A DNA stretch of 64,000 nucleotides. It comes from Planctomycetaceae bacterium. GTDB taxonomy: Bacteria; Planctomycetota; Planctomycetia; Planctomycetales; Planctomycetaceae. Positions 26,970-35,383 of this stretch are shown in pieces. The notes beneath the pieces were generated by a model, which was given only the letters and a program-made list of their open reading frames with translations, made no database searches and was not told where the DNA came from. The stretch covers positions 542,497 to 606,496 of the forward strand of contig JAWKUB010000005.1 of NCBI GenBank assembly GCA_041398745.1, given 5' to 3'. The number at the start of each line of letters is the position of its first letter. The first letter of the stretch is position 1. A program made the translations under genes and the position numbers.

Positions 26970-27233
26970 TCAGACATCAACAGGCCACCACTTTCCGTCT
27001 GCATTATCGACGAATGTCGCGATTTCTCCGCTTCTGAGACGGACCTTGTGCAGCTTATCCAAGCGTTTCACGATTGCAGCGGACGAGGGTCTCTTGTCTT
27101 CGGTCAGCGGAAGTAGCTGCCTGATCTCTGATGGGCTGAGCCCGTGGACTTCAGCGTCCATCAAGGTCTTCAAGATCAAGGCATCGAACTCATCGACATT
27201 AGCAGATCTGCGGCGATATTGGTAAAGAAGCAC
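26970..27233 (-). CDS. Small winged-helix-like protein
   Basis: 87 aa. DALILKTLMDAEVHGLSPSEIRQLL...AAIVKRLDKLHKVRL fits a wHTH pattern. It is co-directional with the S8 gene, 23 nt upstream of it. Confidence 0.45.
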   Translation of the reverse strand: MLLYQYRRRSANVDEFDALILKTLMDAEVHGLSPSEIRQLLPLTEDKRPSSAAIVKRLDKLHKVRLRSGEIATFVDNADGKWWPVDV

Positions 27234-27260
27234 TGCCAGCCCCCAAGGCTCGTGAGTGTT

Positions 27261-27674
27261 TCAAACTGGGGGAGTTGCGATTTCGCGATACTCGACGTAA
27301 GTCGTTGACTCCCTTGAAGCGACAGTACGATCGAGACATTGCCCATTCAATGCGGTTTCAAAAACTGACCGGCCCTGTGCCAGCCCCCCAATAGCGGCAG
27401 CCGGGAGCGTCAGGAAACTTGCGAATGCACCAACATTGATGATGGCCTCGAACACAAATTCAGGTACAGACCCCTTCGAAATTCGGAATCCACTACCAAG
27501 TAGGTTCTTTTCCGACGTCCGTTCGGTCGATGTGCTTTGTTGACTCCCTACAGGCGCTGAAGAGGGGTTCGATAGAAGCTCAGCGGCAACTGCGGAAAGT
27601 TCAATTTGGACAGCTGGAGGAAGTTGCTGGCGTTCTAGGGAAGCTTGGACTTCAGCGGCTGTAATTTCCGACAT
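27261..27674 (-). CDS. Small hypothetical protein with one hydrophobic segment
   Basis: Internal ATG start (MSEITAAEVQ...). The hydrophobic stretch is AIINVGAFASFLTLPAAAIGGLAQG. It is the first gene of the minus-strand S8 operon. Confidence 0.45.
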   Translation of the reverse strand: MSEITAAEVQASLERQQLPPAVQIELSAVAAELLSNPSSAPVGSQQSTSTERTSEKNLLGSGFRISKGSVPEFVFEAIINVGAFASFLTLPAAAIGGLAQGRSVFETALNGQCLDRTVASRESTTYVEYREIATPPV

Positions 27675-28027
27675 TTCGCACGTTCTCCCACACGTTCCGT
27701 TTGCTCTGCAAGTCACCAAAGTAGGCAGCTTTCGTCTCCGAAGTCAACGGATGCCCTATCGTACACTATCTCGTTCGTGATGTCCTGTGGCCAGTTCGTC
27801 GAATGTTACTCAAACTCTCAGTCTAACAGACCTGAGAAGAGTTAGTTTTCGGCGATCTGGGAGCACCATTGGCAGGTAAGTGCGCAATGAAGTTCCCCAC
27901 TACCTGTTGAATGGAAACTGCAACAAGTCCGCAATTCCGCTGCGACCCTTCAAGAACCAATCAAGAATGTCGAAGTGACTGGCACATCTGCTTGCGCCGC
28001 GCAGAGAGAAGCGCTATCTTACCTCTT

Positions 28028-28384
28028 ATGGAGCGTCATCAACTGAGATCTATCCCCAGCCATCAATTCGAGCACATTCAATCGTTATCGAATCATGTCC
28101 TCAACTCATCCAACGAGGATGAGATTCTCGAGGAAATCGTCTCGCTTTATCGAGGCCTGACACGATCAAGATTGATTAGTGCGGTGCTCGTGCACAGAGT
28201 TTTTGACCTGTTTCATCGAACTTGCTTGCAGGCAGGATGTTCCGACTCTGAAGCTGAGAAGCTCTGGAATCGCGTCTTGCTTGGCCTGACCTGCGACCTC
28301 AGTCGCGAGAATCTATATCTGTTCCTGTTTGAATCTCCAATTGAGTTGTCGAGAGTTCCTAGAAGCCCAAGTGTCTTTCTGTGA
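28028..28384 (+). CDS. Possible small helical protein (uncertain)
   Basis: The ORF from the internal ATG has plausible amino-acid composition. It has no motif and no tight operon context. Confidence 0.3.
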   Translation: MERHQLRSIPSHQFEHIQSLSNHVLNSSNEDEILEEIVSLYRGLTRSRLISAVLVHRVFDLFHRTCLQAGCSDSEAEKLWNRVLLGLTCDLSRENLYLFLFESPIELSRVPRSPSVFL

Positions 28385-28867
28385 ACTCTTGCACGACAGC
28401 TACCCCAAAGTCATGACTTCTCGGCGTCACCGATGATCTTGAAATAAGGGCAAAAGGAGATCGCCCCCATGCCACATTTCGCAAGGCGCCTTCTTGTCTG
28501 ACTGGCGTCAATTCAAGAATGCAGCTGGGTTGCTTGGATTGCAACTTGAACACGGAGCCGCCTTTTGGGGTTGTCGAGGGATGCGAGAAATCGCCCTGAC
28601 ACGTGGACCAGTATTTCCAGGTGGGACCGCTGGGGCGGTAGCCATTTTATCTCGAACGGCAGAATCGGCTGCGGGCCCGCGGCGAGCTGTTACCCAATAC
28701 TGGAGATGACTTACGTCAAGAGTCGCCTTGCGCCGCATCACAGAAGGCTGAACAGCGATGCCGCTCATTTAGCGACCACTTGTTGAAAACTCAGTGATTC
28801 AATAGCATCCGGATCAGTAATGTTTTGTGATTTGTTGAAGAGAAGCGACTGGGAAGGGCAAACGGGA

Positions 28868-29212
28868 ATGAGCGTGGTTAAGAAAGTATCGCTTTCAAAT
28901 GGCGAACATGTGTTGGTTGAAATGGTAGAAGCCCAACTACCTGATGTGACTGAAGGAAGCAAAGCGGCAGTAGAGTACACGGACGGCAGGCTGGTCGACG
29001 TTCTGAATGCATTCGAATTATTAAAGCCAACCCTGGGAACCGTTTTGAGGTCGGTCCACGATTCAATATCCGAGTCAGGGCCATCTGAATGGGGAGTCGA
29101 GTTTTCGATTGGATTCAAAGGGACGGTCTCCCCGTTGCCGGTTATCGTGACCGGTGAGTCTAGTGCCTCGTTGAAAGTGCACGCCAAGTGGAAGGCAAGC
29201 ACTAACGGCTGA
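28868..29212 (+). CDS. Trypco2-like (trypsin-co-occurring, CU044_2847-type) small protein
   Basis: ~114 aa, immediately upstream of a trypsin-like peptidase. The pattern ...HVLVEM...WGVEFSIGFKG...ASLKVHAKW recalls that family. This is recognition from memory, not a search. Confidence 0.5.
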   Translation: MSVVKKVSLSNGEHVLVEMVEAQLPDVTEGSKAAVEYTDGRLVDVLNAFELLKPTLGTVLRSVHDSISESGPSEWGVEFSIGFKGTVSPLPVIVTGESSASLKVHAKWKASTNG

Positions 29213-29280
29213 ACGATATGACCGACCATTTTGGCCGGTTTGTGTGAAGTCCTGTACCTTTCGACGATTCGCTTTCAACC

Positions 29281-30639
29281 ATGTCTCAGCAAGCTCAAGA
29301 TGCACTAGGCCCAATCTATTCCCTAGTTAATGATCAAAACAAGGTCATCGCGACGGCGTTCCGCTTGGGCAACTCCCGTTTCCTTGCTACGGTCGGCCAT
29401 GTCTTTGGAGCGGCCCATGTCTTCGCAGAGGCAGGAGGGCAATCTCAAAGCTGTAGGAGCGGACAACTCAAACTTCGCAAGGATGGAGAGAGGATTGATT
29501 TTGCCTTGCGGCAGAAGATGTTTGATCCTGATTGTGGAGTCGATTTTGCATTTATTGAAGTGGCTAGTGACCATGAATTGCCAACCCTCCGTGCGCCGCT
29601 GGGCGTTAGCCTGAGTGAGGATGTGTTCACCATCAAGAGCATGAGGGCCACTGTCTGCGGCAACGATGCTGCCCTGGGGGCTAGATCAATCGAAGTAAGA
29701 GTAGAAGGCCCAACGTTCCCCAGGGTCGACGAAGAGAAAAACGCGGTTATCGGGTTGAGTTGTCAGGTAGGGCTTAGTAATGGCTGCAGTGGCGCACCAA
29801 TTGTGAATGACCAAGGTCAGGTCGTCGGCATTTTTTCCTATCGATTCACCCCAAGCAGTAGTGATTCGAGGGCAGGATATTTTGCCATGCCTTTGTTCCG
29901 ATGCTTCCATCTGCATCCCACCTTGCTTCGATGCACTGAGCTACTTGATAGCTCCTGCTCTGCCAACTCGATGCCTTTTAACTCGGACAAGTGCCAACAT
30001 CTCGGGAAGGGCTTCGCTAGGAACTGGACGGACGAGCAAGTGATGCAATGCAACAGCATGAACCTTACTTGTAGATCTCACAAACCTGCTGTTGCATTAG
30101 TGGCCGCTATTACTAAAGCCTCGGCAGGCCGCCAAGTCTCGGCCCCGTTGCTCGATCAACTATTGAACATGTATAAGTTGATTCATACCTGTGGTGAAGA
30201 TGTTTCACGAAAGAAGTACGGAGCTCGATGCCGATATCACATTGACCAAATTCATCGGCTGGCAAAGCGTGTTTGTAGATCGACGTTGGCAGTCGATGCT
30301 GAAGCCGGGTTGGCAAACGGGCTCATGCGAGCCCTCCGGCTCCCAAAGAGTCTGAAGCCAGAGACGACGAAACTGGCTGAAACAATCGAGCGGATTGCTG
30401 AGTTTGAGCTCGCGCCTCGAAACGGACGTCGTGATTCTATGCCCGAAGACTTAGGCTGGTGGTTAGGCGACTTTTCGGATTCATTTGGCCATATCGTCGG
30501 CTGCCTGTCACAGGAATACCGACCTAGTGCCCCCGAGACTCGATACTTACTCGAGGCCAGCGAGGCACATGGAGTCAATCACGATGAATTCTCCGGTTTG
30601 GTCTACCAGCTTGCTAGCATCATTTCCCCAGCAGAATAG
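29281..30639 (+). CDS. Trypsin-like (S1/PA-clan) serine peptidase fused to a ~230-aa unknown C-terminal domain
   Basis: LATVGHVF (His), DFAFIEV (Asp) and SNGCSGAPIVNDQGQVVGI (Ser). Confidence 0.75.
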   Translation: MSQQAQDALGPIYSLVNDQNKVIATAFRLGNSRFLATVGHVFGAAHVFAEAGGQSQSCRSGQLKLRKDGERIDFALRQKMFDPDCGVDFAFIEVASDHELPTLRAPLGVSLSEDVFTIKSMRATVCGNDAALGARSIEVRVEGPTFPRVDEEKNAVIGLSCQVGLSNGCSGAPIVNDQGQVVGIFSYRFTPSSSDSRAGYFAMPLFRCFHLHPTLLRCTELLDSSCSANSMPFNSDKCQHLGKGFARNWTDEQVMQCNSMNLTCRSHKPAVALVAAITKASAGRQVSAPLLDQLLNMYKLIHTCGEDVSRKKYGARCRYHIDQIHRLAKRVCRSTLAVDAEAGLANGLMRALRLPKSLKPETTKLAETIERIAEFELAPRNGRRDSMPEDLGWWLGDFSDSFGHIVGCLSQEYRPSAPETRYLLEASEAHGVNHDEFSGLVYQLASIISPAE

Positions 30640-31107
30640 ATGAAGTGCGTTACGATGGACAATGACTATTGGAACGACGCAGTTGTTGAAGCCAAGAGAA
30701 ATGGATGGGTAGCTCCAGACTCTGACGATTTCTTTGAAGTGCTAAATGAGACAGCCGAACAAAGTAAGGTTGGGCCGGTCTTGCATGCGCCCTTGTTGGC
30801 AATGATTTCCGCAATGGCAGTGCTACTCGCTTCAGACGACAAGCCGTACTTCTGGCTCGTTCCAATCTTTGACTCGATTGCCGACGATCCAGAGTTGACC
30901 GGAACGGAATTCAAGCAATCCGCACGGTTAGGTTCGCTCTTAAATCAGGAGCAGTTCAGCCAAGTAATTGCGTACGCCGAGCGCTTCTCAGCGATTGCGA
31001 TAGTGGCGTCTCTCCTGCCGATCCAAGACGGTAGGCGGGCCCGTTATGGGGCACCATTTCGATATAGCAAAGGGTACTTCGGGGATCTCGATTGCGGTCT
31101 CGACTGA
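30640..31107 (+). CDS. Hypothetical 155-aa protein
   Basis: The ATG directly follows the upstream stop (TAGATG). No motif was seen. Confidence 0.55.
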   Translation: MKCVTMDNDYWNDAVVEAKRNGWVAPDSDDFFEVLNETAEQSKVGPVLHAPLLAMISAMAVLLASDDKPYFWLVPIFDSIADDPELTGTEFKQSARLGSLLNQEQFSQVIAYAERFSAIAIVASLLPIQDGRRARYGAPFRYSKGYFGDLDCGLD

Positions 31108-31319
31108 GATCATGTGCAATTCGGATGGTTTGTAGCGAGGCGATTGTACAATTGGCAGGGTTCCCACCGTCTCTGTCGCGTGTATCATCTTTGAGTAGCG
31201 ATACTGGCACATCCACTTACGAGATGTGAATTTCACCAATTTTGCGTTTGCCAAACTTCAGTGCTACCTGCCAATTGCGGGTATGCATCTCCCATAGCTC
31301 ATCGTGGAAAGTTTCACAG

Positions 31320-34300
31320 ATGCCCCTCTCCTACGACGACTTTGTAGTCCTCTTCTCCTTTCTCGGGGAATCAGAAACAATTCGAATAGGCAAGAATCCT
31401 CAATCGAATACACCTGATCGCGGAGCCAGTTACTCGCGGTTATTTTATGATACTAACCAGCACTTTACCTCTGCGGTTTGCTCACACTTGGAGCGATTAC
31501 GGTCGCGGTCGAGCGAACCGGACTGCGATGCACCATACCTGTACAACCCAGCATGTTTTGCGACGTTTGGGCATGTCGATAGCCTAGCAATCGTTTTATT
31601 GGATGATTTTGATACTGCGTTCTCTCTCACAGCTGACATTGACTCCCGCGTCGAGCAAGCAGCTATTGCGTTCTCGCCTAAGCTTGGATCGCTTGATCTA
31701 AGTGCGGCGGAACTTGTTCGCTTCCAATCGCTTAAGCACCTCCTTGTTGGTGCTCGCCCAAATCGCCAAACCGACAACCAGGGAAAGCCATATTACAATG
31801 CAACAACCCATTCATTTCAACAGCGATTGCCATTAATGATGGTAGCAAAATTCTCTGTCAGTGGGCTCGGAAAAATGGTTTCGGCACTTGAGATGGAGAC
31901 TGCGTTGTATCAGGCGGGAGTTCGACGCATTAACAGGGTGTTCGACCAAGCAGCCAAAGATTCAGTATCGCTCAAGACTGCTCCCAACCTAGTGAGTCCG
32001 ATTGATCTCGACTCAGTGCGAATCTCTCTGCTCGACACGCAGGGGAGTGCAGAATTCACGATGGCAATCTTCTGTACCAATTATTCTGTTGGAGGACTTG
32101 CAGTATCTGCACTACGGTCCTTGACACTTCGAGACCTTTTTCGCGAGTCACCTGATCTTGCTCGGAAGTTTCGTGAATCCAAAGTCCGATCATCGCTTCA
32201 GGAATTACTCAAACGAAACAATGAGTCGGCTCAATTTGACGATTTCTTCGACAATCATGTTTTTTCGCGAAGCTATACAACGGCCGGTGTTGTCGCCGAG
32301 TGTCTTCGCGAGGACGCCAGTCTGTCGCAGATATCTGGTTTTGTCTCCGTAACTCCAAACTTCCAAGTGGCACCTGGGCATACGGGTGAAGCTGAACGGA
32401 GCGTTTGGCAGGCTCTGTCCGCCACAAATAAGAATCGACCTTTTCGTGTTCGCGACATTGGAGAACGGAGTCGGTTTCACGTACTATCGCTCGGCCGGTA
32501 CGATATGGTTTTGCACCCCAGCTTAAGCACCAAACATGTCATTGGCGAGTTCCCAGCTCATACGACCCAAGAGTTTCTTCGCCATTTGGCGACCTTCTAT
32601 CAACACCTAGGCGTGGTCGCCCCCGACTGGATGTCCTTGGTGGGCCCTACCAACTGGGAACCCAATGATGTTCACGAAACGATAGTGGCGGAGACATCAT
32701 GCTCAATCGAGATTCCGGTTCCGATGGTCAAGTTAATCCATCCAGATGGTTCGTCAGGGGCGATGCTGCCGAGAAGGCGGCGAAAATCCCACACTCCGTT
32801 CCTTCCAGCACTTGCACGATTGCAATTCGAGATCTTCCACCACACGGTCCCCAATCGAATGGCAGTTTTCGATATTGACGGCCTAGAATTCCACATGAAA
32901 CGCCTTGGCATTCCACGAGGGCTGCGCCGGTCCATTCGATACGTGTTTCAAAACTTTCGCTTCGCATTGGCGGACCCTGTATTATTCTACAAAGTTCTTG
33001 ACCTGTATGATTCGCTAGCAACACTATACCGAGCCCTTTGTACCCCATCCTGTAATGAGAGTAATTCGGCGCTTATTCCAGAAGAGACCCTCGCCGACAT
33101 TGCACATTTCATGCGGGCTCTGCAGCAGGCTATGTCTTACCGAGTGTCGAGCCGATCACCATTCGTTGAGGAGAGAGATTTTGCGATTGAGTTTCGTGGG
33201 CTATTGTCCCAGATTGTAGCAGCAGTCGACGCACCGCTTAAGTGTGGTGTCGGGATGACCAAAGACTGTATCGAGCATCGGTACGGTGTTCGCCCCCCTA
33301 AAGACACCGTCGGTCGCATCAGTAACCTGACTCTTGGGCGTCAGGTCGAGATCCGGCAGGTACGTTTTGAGGAGAACCTGAGCGAATTGCCTGGCAATTC
33401 CGTTACCTTAGCAAGCGTTGATGTCGGCGTGGATGTGCTCTGCGCCCCAGAGCAGCTTGTATGTCTTTTGCACGAGTCCTTTCACAGTGCCGTGGCAATG
33501 CAGAATTTTTTGCCCGACGACAGGGATCACAGCCGCGATGACTGTTCATTCCACGCGTTGAGGGACCGGCTAGAAGAACTCTTCGTATTGCGGCTGGAAT
33601 TCTTGTTCGTTTTCAACGGCGATTCGCGACTGAATGCCCTACACCATCTTGTCGCCTACGGGACACATCCAATCAGTCGTCCATTGAGCGATCGCGTAAG
33701 TGTCCAAAGATTCCTGGAATGGACTTTGCGAGTCTACGTCTCGACTGCCCAGCCTTCCAATCTCGCAGTCAGTTCGTTGGTTGAGGGCTATTTGCAGTTC
33801 GTCAAGGATTACCGCCAAATTCTTCCACTTGACGATTTTCTAGGGGATTTCTCAAGAGAATTCGACACACTTTGCGTCGGCTACGCGGAAAGATTTACTC
33901 GCTCGGTGATGCCGTGCTTAGCGAAGACGCTGAAGAGTGCCGATGCAGTTTATGAAACGTGGTGGGAGTACGTAAGAGAAAAATCAAGCGCAAAGGGCTC
34001 GATGGATCGCGAGGCTATCATTGCATTGATTGAAGCGACGGTAGACGATTGCATGAGCAACGGAATACCGGACGTTGAAGCCGCCGTTCCGTATGAGGCG
34101 AAGCAGTGGGACAAGATTTCGTCCTTCTACTACATCTGTGTCGTCTTTCGGCGATATTTTCATTTTCTTTTTGAGGGCGTTGATGGCAGCGTTCAACTCT
34201 TCGTCAGGCCGAATAACGGTACAGTTCGAAGGCCGGCGCATCCGAGTTTTCGATTTGAACACGGTAGCGCCGTGTCACTGTGTTCTGACTTTGAGCAGCG

Positions 34301-34433
34301 CCGCAACAGAGTGCAGCGTCATGTGCAGCTCTACAAGTACCTTTGGGGAGTTGCATGCCGACTCAATGGCGAACGGTTCGTGGACTTGGTCGACGCAGTT
34401 TCCAGCGCAGGTCGAAATGACAGTTTGACTTGA
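31320..34433 (+). CDS. Hypothetical ~1037-aa protein with a single HExxH motif
   Basis: Long uninterrupted ORF; an alternative TTG start lies at 31242. LLHESFHSAVAM occurs at about nt 33470-33490. No P-loop was seen. Confidence 0.7.
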   Translation: MPLSYDDFVVLFSFLGESETIRIGKNPQSNTPDRGASYSRLFYDTNQHFTSAVCSHLERLRSRSSEPDCDAPYLYNPACFATFGHVDSLAIVLLDDFDTAFSLTADIDSRVEQAAIAFSPKLGSLDLSAAELVRFQSLKHLLVGARPNRQTDNQGKPYYNATTHSFQQRLPLMMVAKFSVSGLGKMVSALEMETALYQAGVRRINRVFDQAAKDSVSLKTAPNLVSPIDLDSVRISLLDTQGSAEFTMAIFCTNYSVGGLAVSALRSLTLRDLFRESPDLARKFRESKVRSSLQELLKRNNESAQFDDFFDNHVFSRSYTTAGVVAECLREDASLSQISGFVSVTPNFQVAPGHTGEAERSVWQALSATNKNRPFRVRDIGERSRFHVLSLGRYDMVLHPSLSTKHVIGEFPAHTTQEFLRHLATFYQHLGVVAPDWMSLVGPTNWEPNDVHETIVAETSCSIEIPVPMVKLIHPDGSSGAMLPRRRRKSHTPFLPALARLQFEIFHHTVPNRMAVFDIDGLEFHMKRLGIPRGLRRSIRYVFQNFRFALADPVLFYKVLDLYDSLATLYRALCTPSCNESNSALIPEETLADIAHFMRALQQAMSYRVSSRSPFVEERDFAIEFRGLLSQIVAAVDAPLKCGVGMTKDCIEHRYGVRPPKDTVGRISNLTLGRQVEIRQVRFEENLSELPGNSVTLASVDVGVDVLCAPEQLVCLLHESFHSAVAMQNFLPDDRDHSRDDCSFHALRDRLEELFVLRLEFLFVFNGDSRLNALHHLVAYGTHPISRPLSDRVSVQRFLEWTLRVYVSTAQPSNLAVSSLVEGYLQFVKDYRQILPLDDFLGDFSREFDTLCVGYAERFTRSVMPCLAKTLKSADAVYETWWEYVREKSSAKGSMDREAIIALIEATVDDCMSNGIPDVEAAVPYEAKQWDKISSFYYICVVFRRYFHFLFEGVDGSVQLFVRPNNGTVRRPAHPSFRFEHGSAVSLCSDFEQRRNRVQRHVQLYKYLWGVACRLNGERFVDLVDAVSSAGRNDSLT

Positions 34434-34522
34434 ATATTGGACTCATCAGCGAGACCTTGAGCACGTTTCTACAGTTGACACAAGGCTTTAATATTGGCGC
34501 AATCAGTCGCCATCCAGAGTTT

Positions 34523-34800
34523 CCTTTGAGAAATCTGGTCAATGTGTCATAGAGGTTTCAACTGCCGGTGGTTATGGTCTGCCTTTGAAAAACTGGTCCA
34601 TGTGTTATGAAGGCTTCAACTGCCCGTGATGGGCTGAGGAGACCTTTGAGATGACGAAGAAACGACGGAAGCGACACACGCCGGAGCAGACAGCCAAGAT
34701 TTTGCGGAGGGCCGATGCAATGCTGAATGAGGCAACGGTGTTACAGTAACTGGAGATCAGTGAAGCCACACCGTGGCGCATGGACCTGACGTCAATCCAC
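34523..34800 (+). mobile_element. Remnant of the 5' region of an IS3-family-like element. It has two ~47-bp leader repeats ~59 bp apart, followed by a degraded HTH_Tnp_1-type OrfA.
   Basis: The repeats are 34523-34570 and 34582-34628. The ATG at 34651 opens MTKKRRKRHTPEQTAKILRRADAMLNEATVLQ*. After the stop the same frame reads LEISEATPWRM, which resembles the ...ISExTYYRW... helix of IS3 OrfA. Confidence 0.7.
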
Positions 34801-34995
34801 TTGAGTTCAACTCGTCCAAGATTCGCGGCCTTCTACCTCAATGCCAATTTCGTAACCGGTACAGAATTCGGTACTGAATCTATCGCAAAGTGGCCGAAAG
34901 CCGCGTAGGATTTGGAAAGTTGAGCAGCTGTGTGCTTGCCTTAAACTGTTTGGCACCAAACGATTGGTGTCTATCGGTGGACTGCGTTCGATTGA

Positions 34996-35040
<45 letters not shown>

Positions 35041-35383
35041 CTTTTCGGGCATGGGCTGACAAGAGAACTGCTGTTCTCACATTCTCTTCGGTATTTGTTC
35101 AGGGACTTACGACGGTGGTCGCCCCACCCTCCAGGAACGTCCATGGGATTTATCATTTCCCGTGTCTGACGATAATCGCGCTGGTCGCTTTCGGTATTTG
35201 ATCGGGTTGGAAGCACAGGTTTGGCCAGTCGTTTCAACACGAGTTCTGGCGGTGCTTACTCCGGCACGGCGCATGTACCGACTCCCCCAGTTCGCCCGCG
35301 TGCCACTATGCATTGGTTCGCCCGGAATCTGCTGCTAAGGTATTTCCGCAGTCCCGCCCTTGCTTGCTCCATTCAGGCCGCCC

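Noticed and set aside
28385-28867. Possible structured ncRNA upstream of the Trypco2-like gene (small GAAA-capped hairpin at about 28577-28597, GCGGGCCCGC palindrome near 28670)
   Set aside because: The hairpins are short and interrupted, and nothing resembles a known RNA family. The evidence is too weak without transcript or covariation data.
25735-31107. Gasdermin-type pore-former next to the caspase, S8 or trypsin-like proteases
   Set aside because: No ORF of ~240-300 aa lies directly upstream of any of the three proteases. The adjacent small proteins (138, 87, 114 and 155 aa) are too short, so a bacterial gasdermin call is not supported.
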